A stretch of 64,000 bases of DNA from an uncultured Methylomirabilota bacterium. GTDB taxonomy: Bacteria > Methylomirabilota > Methylomirabilia > Methylomirabilales > 2-02-FULL-66-22. How positions within the stretch are numbered: the stretch's first letter is position 1; each line of letters begins with the position of its first letter. A model generated the notes under the pieces. That model worked only from the letters and a program-made list of their open reading frames with translations, was not told where the DNA came from and made no database searches. Location: positions 2,624,001 through 2,688,000 of the forward strand of contig CAWJSJ010000002.1 in the NCBI GenBank assembly GCA_963845565.1. The letters run 5' to 3'. A program made the translations under genes and the position numbers. Below, piece by piece: positions 43,322 through 52,567 of the stretch.

Positions 43322-44490
43322 AGGCGATCGGGGAGCTGCTCCGCCGGTCTGGGCTCGAGGCGTTGCACGCCAAGGTCCGGGAGGGGAGACGGCTCGACTT
43401 CGACGACGGGATGCGCCTCTACCGGACGCCCGATCTCACCGCGGTCGGCTACCTGGCGAACCTGGCCCGCGAGCGTCGGAGCGGCGACCGAACCTATTTC
43501 GTCCGCAACCTGCACATCAACTACACCAACATCTGCAACAAGCTCTGCAAGTTCTGTTCGTTCTACACCGCTCCCAATAGTCAGGACGGACGAGGGTACG
43601 CGCTCACGCCCGAGGAGGCGGCGGCCCGTGTGGACCGGTATCGCGACGAGTCGATCCGGGAGATCCATATGGTGGCCGGCATCAATCCGAAGCTGTCCTA
43701 CGGCTACTATCTGGATCTGGTCCGCGCCGTGAAAGCGGCGCGGCCCGAGGCGCAGGTCAAGGCCTTCACCATGATCGAGCTGGCGCAGATCGCGCGCGTG
43801 GCCAAGCGACCGCTGGCGGACATCCTGCCGGAGCTCCAGGCGGCCGGGCTCGCGGCGTGCCCCGGGGGCGGCGCGGAGGTCTTCAGCGAGCGCGTCCACG
43901 AGGAGCTGTTCCGGGCCAAGCTGGACAACGAGGGCTGGTTCGAGGTGGCGCGCACGGTGCACCGCGCCGGCATCCGGTCGAACGTCACGATGCTGTACGG
44001 CCACATCGAGACGCCGGAGGAGAAGGTCCGCCACCTGCTGCACGTCCGCGAGCTGCAGGACGAGACCGGCGGGTTCATGTGCTTCGTGCCGCTGGCGTTC
44101 GACCCCGCCAACACCGAGCTCAGCCATCTTCCGGCGACGACCGGATACGCCAACCTCCGCGAGATCGCGGTGGGACGGCTCCTGCTCGATAATGTGGAAC
44201 ACGTCAAGGCCTTCTGGATCATGATCACGCCCGGTGTGGCGCAGATGGCGCTCTGGTACGGCGCGGACGATCTCGACGGCACCGTGTCGCACTACGAGAT
44301 CACGCACGCGCTGGGGACGCGCTCCCACCGCCAGGTTCTCACGGTGGATCAACTCCTGGAACTCAGCGTCGAGGTGGGGAGAATTCCCGTGGAACGGGAC
44401 GCACTCTACAACGTGATCGGCGAGTCGCGTGCGGCGACGGGTCCGTCGAGCGTCCTGGGACCAACCGCAGGCCCACGACGGGATTCCTGA
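43318..44490 (+). CDS. mqnE: aminofutalosine synthase (radical SAM)
   Basis: NYTNICNKLCKFC, PGGGAEVF, TMLYGHIE, HVKAFW, GADDLDGT. Confidence 0.88.
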   Translation: MKAIGELLRRSGLEALHAKVREGRRLDFDDGMRLYRTPDLTAVGYLANLARERRSGDRTYFVRNLHINYTNICNKLCKFCSFYTAPNSQDGRGYALTPEEAAARVDRYRDESIREIHMVAGINPKLSYGYYLDLVRAVKAARPEAQVKAFTMIELAQIARVAKRPLADILPELQAAGLAACPGGGAEVFSERVHEELFRAKLDNEGWFEVARTVHRAGIRSNVTMLYGHIETPEEKVRHLLHVRELQDETGGFMCFVPLAFDPANTELSHLPATTGYANLREIAVGRLLLDNVEHVKAFWIMITPGVAQMALWYGADDLDGTVSHYEITHALGTRSHRQVLTVDQLLELSVEVGRIPVERDALYNVIGESRAATGPSSVLGPTAGPRRDS

Positions 44491-44494
44491 ACCG

Positions 44495-45592
44495 ATGGTG
44501 CACCCCTTCGACGACATCGAAGACAAGGTCCTCACCGGGGAACGGCTATCCTTCGAGGACGGCGTCCGATTGTTCCGACAGGCGAATCCGCTCCAGCTCT
44601 CGACGTGGGCGAGCCTGGTCCGATTTCGATTGCACCCCGAACGGCGCGTTACGTACGTGGTGGGGCGAGTCATCAACTACACCAATGTGTGCTGGGTGCA
44701 GTGCAAGTTCTGCAATTTCTACCGCCTCCCCGGCCAGGAGGGTGGGTACGTCCTGTCCCGGGAGGCGGTGTTCGAGAAGATCCGCGAACTGGTGAACCTG
44801 GGCGGCACCGAGGTTCTGATCCAGGGTGGGCTGAATCCGGCGCTCAAGCTGGAGTACTACGAGAACCTGTTCCGCGCCATCAAGGCCAACTTTGCGGTCC
44901 AGATCCACGGGCTCTCTCCGGTCGAGATCATCTATCTGGCGAAGATCTCTCAACTCAGCGAGCGAGATTGTCTTGCGCGCCTGCAGGCGGCGGGTCTGGA
45001 CTCCATTCCGGGGGCCGGGGCCGAGATTTTGGTCGAGGCGGTGCGGGAGCAGATTGCCCCCTACAAGAATTCTGCGGCCGCGTGGCTGGATCTCATGCGG
45101 ACGGCGCATCGCCTCGGGATCGGGTCCAGCGTCACCATGATGTACGGGTCGGTGGAGTCCATCGAACAGCGCGTGGAGCACCTGGTCCGCGTCCGGGCGC
45201 TGCAGGACGAGACCGGCGGTTTCCGCGCGTTCATCCCCTGGAGCTTCCAGCCGGAGGGGACGCACCTTGGCGACGTGAAGCGAGCCAGCGGCTTCGATTA
45301 CCTCCGGACCGTGGCGGTCTCGCGGCTCATGCTGGACAACGTGCCCAACATTCAGTCCTCGTGGCTCACCCAGGGGCCCAAGCTGGGTCAGATCGCTCTG
45401 CAGTACGGGGTCAACGACATGGGCAGCACCATTCTCGAGGAGAACGTCGTCTCCAAGGAATCGGTCTTCATGGTGCCCCTCTCCGAGATCGAGCGCCTCA
45501 TCACCGACGCCGGCTTCGTCCCCGCCCGCCGGAATACCACCTACGAGATCCTTCCGCTCCCTTCGGGGCCCGCAACCCACGCGGCAGCCTGA
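44495..45592 (+). CDS. mqnC: cyclic dehypoxanthinyl futalosine synthase (radical SAM)
   Basis: INYTNVCWVQCKFC, QGGLNP, AFIPWSFQP, QSSWLTQG, EENVVS. Confidence 0.9.
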   Translation: MVHPFDDIEDKVLTGERLSFEDGVRLFRQANPLQLSTWASLVRFRLHPERRVTYVVGRVINYTNVCWVQCKFCNFYRLPGQEGGYVLSREAVFEKIRELVNLGGTEVLIQGGLNPALKLEYYENLFRAIKANFAVQIHGLSPVEIIYLAKISQLSERDCLARLQAAGLDSIPGAGAEILVEAVREQIAPYKNSAAAWLDLMRTAHRLGIGSSVTMMYGSVESIEQRVEHLVRVRALQDETGGFRAFIPWSFQPEGTHLGDVKRASGFDYLRTVAVSRLMLDNVPNIQSSWLTQGPKLGQIALQYGVNDMGSTILEENVVSKESVFMVPLSEIERLITDAGFVPARRNTTYEILPLPSGPATHAAA

Positions 45593-45612
45593 CCTTTCGG
45601 GGGGGCGTGGCG

Positions 45613-46554
45613 ATGAACCGATCCGGCGTCCGAGAACGCAGCACGCTCCTGGGCATCGCCGCGATCCTGCTCTGGAGCGGGACGGTGGCGCTGGCGCGGA
45701 GCATCGCCGAGCGCCTGGGCCCGCTCACGGCTGGTGCGGCGGTGTACCTGGCTGCCGCCGGGTTCCTGGGACTGCATGTCTGGTGGACCGAGCGCTCCTT
45801 CGGGCGCCTGGCGCGCCTGTCCCGCCGATACGTGATCGGCTGCGGTGCCCTCTTCGTGCTCTACACCGTGGCGCTGTTTCTTGCCTTGGGTCTCGCCGCC
45901 GACCGGCGCCAGACGGTGGAGGTCGGCCTGCTGAATTACTTGTGGCCCACGCTGACCATCCTCTTGGCGTTGCTCCTCCTCGGCCGGCGAGCCGGCGTGG
46001 CGCTGATCCCCGGCACGCTGCTGGCGCTGTGCGGCGTCTTCCTCGTGCTGACGCAGGGCGAGTCCGTGACGTGGAGCTCCGTTGCCGGGAATCTGCGGGG
46101 GAACCCCGTGGCGTACGCGCTGGGGGCATTCGCCGCGCTCACCTGGGCGCTGTATTCAAACCTGACCCGGCGGTGGGGTGGGCCGGAGGGCGGGGGAGGG
46201 GTGCTGCTCTTCATGCTGGCCACCGGCCTGGTGTTCTGGTTCGCGCGGCTGCTTCATCCGGAGGCCGGGGCCTGGAGCGTCGGGGTTGTGGCCGAGGTCG
46301 CCCTCCTCGCCCTGGCCACAGGACTGGCGTACGTCTTCTGGGACGTCGCCATGCGGACCGGAGATGCGATGCTGGTGGCCGCGTGCTCGTATCTCACGCC
46401 CTTCTTCTCCACCGTGGTGACCTGCCTGTATCTTCGCGTTCAGCCGGGTCCCACCCTGTGGATGGGGTGCGGACTCATCATCGCGGGCTCGTTCCTGAGC
46501 TGGCGCTCGATCCGTACGGACACCGACGATACGCCTCGGCCTGCCGCGCGCTGA
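45613..46554 (+). CDS. DMT transporter, YddG-like
   Basis: TLLGIAAILLWS, LLNYLWPTLT, SYLTPFFS; about 10 TM. Confidence 0.85.
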   Translation: MNRSGVRERSTLLGIAAILLWSGTVALARSIAERLGPLTAGAAVYLAAAGFLGLHVWWTERSFGRLARLSRRYVIGCGALFVLYTVALFLALGLAADRRQTVEVGLLNYLWPTLTILLALLLLGRRAGVALIPGTLLALCGVFLVLTQGESVTWSSVAGNLRGNPVAYALGAFAALTWALYSNLTRRWGGPEGGGGVLLFMLATGLVFWFARLLHPEAGAWSVGVVAEVALLALATGLAYVFWDVAMRTGDAMLVAACSYLTPFFSTVVTCLYLRVQPGPTLWMGCGLIIAGSFLSWRSIRTDTDDTPRPAAR

Positions 46555-46595
46555 CGATCCGTCCCGGCTGCCCGCCCACCCCGAGACGGCCCGCG

Positions 46596-47078
46596 TCAAC
46601 GCATCAAACTCTGCGCAAAGAGGTCCAGCGCCGCAGCGGCGAACGCACGCATGTTGGCGAGGCGATCGGCCCGGCCCGTCTCCAGCGTGAGTGCGGATTC
46701 CGCCGGGCCGGCGACCCCCAGGCAGACATGCCCCGGCGGATCCCCATACCGGTTACCCGCCGGCCCCGTCGCGCCGGTCTCGCCCAAGCCCCAGGTTGCG
46801 GAGAGCTGCTGCCGGACCGTGCGCGCGAGAAGCAGCGCATACGGTTCGGTTGCCGGTCGGAGCCCGGTCAGCGCCGCGCTCGGGAGGTCCAAGAACACGC
46901 CACGCGCGGCGTATGTGTACACGACCGCGCCGCCGAGGAAATAGGCAGACGCCCCCGGCACGGCGAGCAGGGCGGCCGACAGCAGCCCGCCGGCAGACGA
47001 TTCGGCGACCGCCACGGTCTCGCCCCGCTTCTTGAGCAGGGCGGCCACCTTCTCGGCACAGGGTACCAGATCCTGCAT
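46596..47078 (-). CDS. CinA/PncC family protein
   Basis: VAVAESSAGGLLS, VPGASAYFLGG, ETGATGP; AAAGGAG RBS. Confidence 0.88.
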   Translation of the reverse strand: MQDLVPCAEKVAALLKKRGETVAVAESSAGGLLSAALLAVPGASAYFLGGAVVYTYAARGVFLDLPSAALTGLRPATEPYALLLARTVRQQLSATWGLGETGATGPAGNRYGDPPGHVCLGVAGPAESALTLETGRADRLANMRAFAAAALDLFAQSLMR

Positions 47079-47320
47079 GGGGGCTCCTTTTCATGGACGA
47101 AAGACCGCGAGCGGCGCTCGATCGATACAACAGGGATCGCAGGCTCGATCTGTCGCGGGACGAGCCCGAGCCGCCCGACCTCCGTCGTTCTGGACGGTTG
47201 TGTATCGGAGATCCGCGCGGGAGCCTACCCAATCGCTTCCCTGATGTCAATTGACGGACGATCCGAGAACGAACCGAGAGTGCGGCGGCTCGCTCCGGCC
47301 GCCCGAACCCTCCCCTCCTG

Positions 47321-47348
47321 TTGACAGACAGAGCGGATTCGCTATAGT
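47321..47348 (+). promoter_or_regulatory. sigma70-like promoter
   Basis: TTGACA-16-TATAGT about 150 bp upstream of the PilZ gene. Confidence 0.6.
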
Positions 47349-47495
47349 GCGTCCTTAAGGGGTCATGGCGGCCAGAACCCGAGCGCATCGAGATCCGGAA
47401 GTCCGCCGTTGTGCGGGTCGGATGACCGGCATTCGGTGCACCGGGGCGGCCGTCGGGCGTTTGGCGCACCGGAGAGAATCGTCGGAGGCGTGGGC

Positions 47496-48203
47496 ATGCC
47501 AACAGGAACGGGCGGGCGGACGTTGCCGCGGTATCAAATCATTCTTCCGGTGTCGTATGACGCCACACCCGATGGGGCTCCCGCGCCCAGGGAAGGCTCC
47601 GGCTGGACCCGCAACCTGAGCGACACGGGTGCGTGTCTGGAGCTGAACGAAGCGGTTCCAGTCGGTACCACGCTCCGTCTGACGCTCCGGGATGAAGGGG
47701 GTGCGGTGGCGCTGGAGGCCCGGGTGATCTGGGTTGGCCATCCCCGCGTCCCCGCGGGGGGTATCCTCCACGGAGTAAACTTTGGGGACCTCACGCTGCA
47801 CCAGCGACTCGTCCTGCCGACCCTCTGCCGGCGCCACACCGGGTTACGGGTGCAGGCGACGCGCATCCCCGCGGCGCTCCCCGCCATGTGCCGGCCACTC
47901 GGGGCGGCCGGGCCGCCTCTCCGGGGCTGGACCGGCGACCTCGGCCGTGAAGGCTGCCTGTTGCTGTTACCGGAGCAGCTCGTCGTGGGGACGCTGATCG
48001 CGGTCACCCTCACCACGCCGCGGGGCGACGTTACCGCCGAGGCGACGGTGGTGTGGGGCGAGCCGGCCGTCCAGGCCGTGTTGCGTCAGCTCACGCGGCA
48101 CGGCGTGCGGTTCATCGAGGCCCGCGCGCTCCAGGACACGCTCGTCGCCATGCTTCGGGAGGGGTCTCCGGCAGGCGGGGCGGCCACGCTGCCGGTTGCG
48201 TGA
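47496..48203 (+). CDS. tandem PilZ-domain protein
   Basis: RTLPR...NLSDTG and a second degenerate repeat ATR...DLGREG; both end VxW...HGVxF. Confidence 0.8.
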   Translation: MPTGTGGRTLPRYQIILPVSYDATPDGAPAPREGSGWTRNLSDTGACLELNEAVPVGTTLRLTLRDEGGAVALEARVIWVGHPRVPAGGILHGVNFGDLTLHQRLVLPTLCRRHTGLRVQATRIPAALPAMCRPLGAAGPPLRGWTGDLGREGCLLLLPEQLVVGTLIAVTLTTPRGDVTAEATVVWGEPAVQAVLRQLTRHGVRFIEARALQDTLVAMLREGSPAGGAATLPVA

Positions 48204-48448
48204 CACGGCCGGCCCTGGCAGGAGCGCCGACGGTCTCCCCGACGTCTCTCCCGCCTTGCGAAAGCTCCCGCACCACTCCCACCCGTCAATGGTGAGGCTC
48301 TCAGCTCGACAGGCAACCGCGCGTGGCTCCCCGGGTTGTTCCTCACCACGAACTCGACCGCAGATCGCGGGGCGATCCTGCGGCATGGCGGAAGCGTGCG
48401 GCGTCCGTCGGCCGTGAGGCGCCACCGGCCCTTCCGCCACGGCCGACC

Positions 48449-48477
48449 TTGACAAGCCCGACCCCCTGGCCTACGTT
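48449..48477 (+). promoter_or_regulatory. sigma70-like promoter of rtcB
   Basis: TTGACA-17-TACGTT followed by a double AAGGAGG RBS. Confidence 0.55.
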
Positions 48478-48504
48478 GGCGGTATGCGAAGGAGGTGAAG
48501 GAGG

Positions 48505-49953
48505 ATGACCCTTCCTGTCGAGCGCATCGATGACTACCGCTGGCAGATTCCGGCGGGCAGCAAGCCGGGGATGAAGGTGCCTGCGATTATCTTTGCCGAC
48601 GAGAAGCTGATGGAACAGGTCAAGGGCGACCTGTCCCTGGAGCAGGCGGCTAACGGCGCCACGCTGCCGGGTGTGGTCCGGGCAGCGTACACGATGCCGG
48701 ACATCCATCAGGGGTACGGTCTGCCGATCGGCGCGGTGGTGGCGATGCGGACGGATGGCGGTGTCGTCACGCCGGGCGGCGTCGGTTATGACATCAACTG
48801 CGGCGTGCGGCTCCTGCGTACGGACCTCACCAAGACCGAGGTCGTGCCGCGGATCAAAGAGCTCGTGAACACGCTCTTCGCCGAGATCCCGAGCGGGGTG
48901 GGGTCGCATGGCAAGGTCCGTCTGACGAAGGAGAACCAGATGCGGCCCCTCGTGGAGGGTGCGCGCTGGGCGGTACAGGAGGGGATGGGCGAGCCGGAAG
49001 ACCTGGTGTTTACCGAGGCGGGCGGCTGCATTCCGGGGGCGAACCCCGATGCGGTGAGCCACAAGGCGTACGAGCGCGGACGCGACCAAGAGGGCACCCT
49101 GGGGTCCGGGAACCACTTCGCAGAGGTGCAATTCGTCGACCGGATTTACGACGAGGACGCGGCACAGGCGTTGGGCTTCTTCCCCGGTCAGATCACGGTG
49201 CTCATCCACACAGGCTCCAGGGGGTTCGGCCATCAGGTGTGCACGGATTATCTGGCCGGCATGGAGCGGGCCGTCAAGAAATACGGAATCCAGGTGCCGG
49301 ACAGGCAGCTCGCATGCGCTCCGTTCGATTCCGAGGAGGCTCAGGCCTATCTCGGGGCCATGCGCGCGGCGGCGAATTACGCCTGGGCCAACCGGCAATG
49401 TCTGACGCACTGGACGCGCCAGGTCTTCGAGCGGCTCTTCCGGAAGTCCCCGCGGGATCTCGGCATGTGCGTGGTCTACGACGTTGCCCACAACATCGCC
49501 AAGGTCGAGGAGCACCAGGTCGGAGGCCGGTCCATGCGGCTCGTCGTCCACCGGAAGGGGGCGACACGAGCCTTCCCGCCGGGGCACCCGGAACTCCCGG
49601 AGCGGTACCGAGCCGTCGGGCAGCCCGTCCTGGTTCCCGGAGACATGGGGCGAGCGTCGTTCGTCCTGGTGGGGACGAAGGGCGCCATGGACGAGACGTT
49701 CGGGAGCACGTGCCACGGGGCCGGTCGCTTGTTGAGCCGGGCGGCCGCCATCAAGGCGGCCCGCGGTCGGGCCATCGAGCGGGAGCTCGAGGACACGCAC
49801 GGAGTCTATGTCCGGGCGACCGGTCGTGACTCTGTGAAAGAAGAGATGCCCGAGGCCTACAAGAACGTCCAGGACGTCGTCAGTGTCTGCCATAACGCCG
49901 GCATCTCCAAGATGGTTGCCAGACTCCGACCGCTCGGCTGCATCAAGGGGTAG
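48505..49953 (+). CDS. rtcB: RNA-splicing ligase RtcB (long, archaeal/eukaryotic-like type)
   Basis: MPDIHQGYG, GVGYDINCG, GTLGSGNHF, HTGSRG, HNIAK, HRKGAT, HGAGR; 482 aa. Confidence 0.95.
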   Translation: MTLPVERIDDYRWQIPAGSKPGMKVPAIIFADEKLMEQVKGDLSLEQAANGATLPGVVRAAYTMPDIHQGYGLPIGAVVAMRTDGGVVTPGGVGYDINCGVRLLRTDLTKTEVVPRIKELVNTLFAEIPSGVGSHGKVRLTKENQMRPLVEGARWAVQEGMGEPEDLVFTEAGGCIPGANPDAVSHKAYERGRDQEGTLGSGNHFAEVQFVDRIYDEDAAQALGFFPGQITVLIHTGSRGFGHQVCTDYLAGMERAVKKYGIQVPDRQLACAPFDSEEAQAYLGAMRAAANYAWANRQCLTHWTRQVFERLFRKSPRDLGMCVVYDVAHNIAKVEEHQVGGRSMRLVVHRKGATRAFPPGHPELPERYRAVGQPVLVPGDMGRASFVLVGTKGAMDETFGSTCHGAGRLLSRAAAIKAARGRAIERELEDTHGVYVRATGRDSVKEEMPEAYKNVQDVVSVCHNAGISKMVARLRPLGCIKG

Positions 49954-50050
49954 GGCGCACAGCGCAACCGTAGAGCGTGCGGGGCGTGAGGCGTGACGGG
50001 TGAGGGGAGCGGGCCACAGACGGCAGAGAGGGTAACGGCGGGCGTGGGCC

Positions 50051-50122
50051 GTGACTGAGATACTCAAATTCATTGCCGATCTGGCGGCCACGATTGCCGG
50101 CTGGGTCAGGATCCTGCGGTAG
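50051..50122 (+). CDS. candidate 23-aa amphipathic peptide
   Basis: GTG..TAG gives MTEILKFIADLAATIAGWVRILR; weak RBS. Confidence 0.3.
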   Translation: MTEILKFIADLAATIAGWVRILR

Positions 50123-50212
50123 CGGTCGGCGCGCAGAACGCGAGAACGTGGTCGCCGTGCCGCGTTGTGCCGCCATCATGCGTCGTGCGCGGCTGGGGAA
50201 GAGGTGGACCGG

Positions 50213-50521
50213 ATGGGAGCCCTGGTGAAGGTCGCCCTGGTCTCGGATCTCGCGCCGGGGCAGGGGAAGACCGTGGAGCGGCGGGGCGTGGCCATCGCGC
50301 TCTTCAACGTCGATGGCACGTTTCGCGCGATCGGGAACGCTTGTTGCCACCACGGGGGGCCGCTGGCCGAGGGGGAGCTGACGGGGACGATCGTCGCCTG
50401 CCCCTGGCACGGGTGGCGGTTTGATGTCGTTACCGGGTCGACGCTCCGGAATGCGGAGATCGGCGTGCCCACCTACCGCGTCGAGGTGCGAGGCGACGAG
50501 GTGTTCGTCGAATTGCCCTAG
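50213..50521 (+). CDS. Rieske [2Fe-2S] ferredoxin
   Basis: CCHHGGPL and CPWHGWRFD. Confidence 0.92.
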   Translation: MGALVKVALVSDLAPGQGKTVERRGVAIALFNVDGTFRAIGNACCHHGGPLAEGELTGTIVACPWHGWRFDVVTGSTLRNAEIGVPTYRVEVRGDEVFVELP

Positions 50522-50616
50522 GGATGCAAGAGGGCACACTCCCCAACCATCACGCCGGTGGACGTCTCACCGGGCGGCGCATACGGGTCGTGGATGCGGA
50601 AAGAGCGCGCGCGGAA

Positions 50617-50820
50617 TTAGGCGCTCGGGTTGGCCTCCACCTCGGCCGGGGATGCCGGAGCCGGGGCGGCAGGGGCAGGCGCGGGGGTTGGGGCCTCGGC
50701 CTTGCGCCGGGTCTTTGCACTGCCGCTGGCGCTGGCCGCGATGGCGGCCTGGCGGCGGATCTTCAGGCGGTCCTGACGGCGCTGGCGCCGGCGTCGAATC
50801 TCGGTTTCCTTTTCTCGCAC
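50617..50820 (-). CDS. small Arg-rich protein with Ala/Pro tail
   Basis: AAGGAGG RBS before GTG; MREKETEIRRRRQRRQDRLKIRRQ; minus-strand TTGACA-17-TACCCT upstream. Confidence 0.7.
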   Translation of the reverse strand: MREKETEIRRRRQRRQDRLKIRRQAAIAASASGSAKTRRKAEAPTPAPAPAAPAPASPAEVEANPSA

Positions 50821-51085
50821 GAAATGCCTCCTTGTCGAATCTGTTTCGAGTGTGCCGGGGCAACGAGGGGCTAAGGGTAATCAGATACGGCCGCGCTGTC
50901 AATCAATTAGCCCCCCAGTCCCGAGTCGTCGACGGCCATTCAAAATACGCGAAACCGTTCGCCGGTGTCAATCCCGCTCAGTCAAAGGTTCGGCTTTACC
51001 GGCATTGGCCCGAAGGGGTCTTTGGGTCCGTTGCAGGCGGACCGGGGACGACGGCTCGTGCGCCTACCCGTCAGCGGCACCCCCC

Positions 51086-51586
51086 TCACCAATCCTTATA
51101 GCTTTCCGCCTTGATCCCAGGCAGTGTCTTGAGGGGCTTGTCCTTGCTCTTGCTGTGCACATCCTCGATCCCGGACACGGTTCCGGTCCGATCCGCGAGC
51201 AGTTTCAGATCCCAGTCCGCCTTGCCGGTCATGGGGTCGGTGTACAGGCGGCGCAGGTACCGGCGGGTCTGCAGCTGAGTCCGGTCCTCGAGCAGCTCCT
51301 TGAGCTCCTTGGGAAGGCGGTTCTTGTCGGCGCGATAACGGATGATGCCGCGCCGGATCTCGGACAAGCGGAACAGCAGCTCCTCCTCCTTCTCCCGCTT
51401 GATCTGGGTCGTCCAGAGCTCGGCCACGCCGGCCGTCGCCACGCCGATGACCAGGATGCCGGCGAGTAACATGGGAAACACGATGCCGCGGGGGGGTCGG
51501 CGGGCCGCGGGCCGCGGGCCGCGAGCCGCGAGCCGCGGTGTGGCGCGGGAGCCGAGGAGGGAGAACCCCGGATGACTGCTGCACAT
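51086..51586 (-). CDS. pseudopilin-like protein lacking Glu5
   Basis: RG|IVFPMLLAGILVIG, REKEEELLFR, RYLRRLYTDPMTG. Confidence 0.8.
   Translation of the reverse strand: MCSSHPGFSLLGSRATPRLAARGPRPAARRPPRGIVFPMLLAGILVIGVATAGVAELWTTQIKREKEEELLFRLSEIRRGIIRYRADKNRLPKELKELLEDRTQLQTRRYLRRLYTDPMTGKADWDLKLLADRTGTVSGIEDVHSKSKDKPLKTLPGIKAESYKDW
51500..51534. repeat. heptamer tandem repeat (GCGGGCC)3(GCGAGCC)2
   Basis: Read directly; lies in the prepilin leader coding region. Confidence 0.85.
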
Positions 51587-51599
51587 CAAGCGTGTGACC

Positions 51600-51995
51600 T
51601 CACCAGTCCGCGTATCGCGAACCGTCCCGCGCCGTCCTGTCGGAGCCGCTTCGCACGTCGTACACGCCCGCCGATTGTCCCTGCTCGTCCGTCGCCGGGA
51701 CGAGGACCCAGGTGTCCGCCGAGCCGGTGACCGGGTCCTTCGGAACCTGACGGATGTACCCCTTCTCGACCAGTTCGCTGAGCGAGGCGGGATACTTGGT
51801 ATTGTCGGCATAGAACTGATCGATGACGTCGCGGAAGATGAACAGGTTCTCCTTGAGCGTGGCCTCTTTGGCGGCCGTGACGGCCCGGTTGAAGTTGGGC
51901 TGTGCCAGTGTGACCAGGATGCCGATGATGGTGATGACGATCAGGATTTCGATGAGGGTGAAACCGCGTGAGGAGATCCGCGGACGACGAGCCAC
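51600..51995 (-). CDS. pseudopilin, GspG-like (start uncertain)
   Basis: RG|FTLIEILIV, IDQFYAD..KYP, VPKDPVT. Confidence 0.88.
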   Translation of the reverse strand: MARRPRISSRGFTLIEILIVITIIGILVTLAQPNFNRAVTAAKEATLKENLFIFRDVIDQFYADNTKYPASLSELVEKGYIRQVPKDPVTGSADTWVLVPATDEQGQSAGVYDVRSGSDRTARDGSRYADW

Positions 51996-52019
51996 GAGCC
52001 AGCGAGCCGCGGGCCGCGG
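51987..52019. repeat. degenerate heptamer tract ACGAGCC/GCGAGCC/GCGGGCC
   Basis: Four units with one extra base near 52001. Confidence 0.75.
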
Positions 52020-52078
52020 ATGAGGAGCCGCGACACGAGTGATTACGACCGGCCGGCGACCGACGGGGCGTGGCGGAC

Positions 52079-52567
52079 CTACCAGGTGTCATATGTCGTT
52101 CCATCGAGGGCGACCGCCTTGCTCGCGCTGCGGATGTCGTAGACATCCTTGGCGTCCGAAAGACTGGATTCGGGGTTGTCGGAGAAGGACCGGACGACCC
52201 ATTTTCCGTCGGCGGTCATCGGATCGCGGGGGACGCGCCGGAGGATCTTGGTCTCCGCCAACTCGTCCAGCGTGAGCGGATACCCCGTCCGATCCACCGA
52301 CACCTTCCGCTTGAACACGTCGCGAGCGTCCCGCACGTTGGTGCGGGCCTTGTCGTACTCCGCCTTGAACTGGTCGATGCCCTGGCGAACGCTCCGCAGG
52401 CTTCGGCGAAGTTCAAGCTCCCGCGTTCGGATCGCGGTGACCTGCGCAAGCGGCAAGGCCACCCCGGCCAGGATCCCCAGCACCGCCACGGCGACCAGCA
52501 ACTCGATGAGGGTGACCCCGCTCCGCCTCCGCCGCCGGACGGGCCTCATCTGTGTGCACGCTTCCAT
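52079..52567 (-). CDS. pseudopilin, GspG-like
   Basis: SG|VTLIELLV, RELELRRSL, LRRVPRDPMT, DVYDIRS. Confidence 0.88.
   Translation of the reverse strand: MEACTQMRPVRRRRRSGVTLIELLVAVAVLGILAGVALPLAQVTAIRTRELELRRSLRSVRQGIDQFKAEYDKARTNVRDARDVFKRKVSVDRTGYPLTLDELAETKILRRVPRDPMTADGKWVVRSFSDNPESSLSDAKDVYDIRSASKAVALDGTTYDTW

Noticed and set aside
43318..45592. CofH (F420 biosynthesis)
   Set aside because: Paired MqnE- and MqnC-type motifs and no cofG nearby favour the futalosine pathway.
47349..47495. Long 5' leader of the PilZ gene as tRNA or riboswitch
   Set aside because: No T-loop/CCA or known aptamer consensus recognised.
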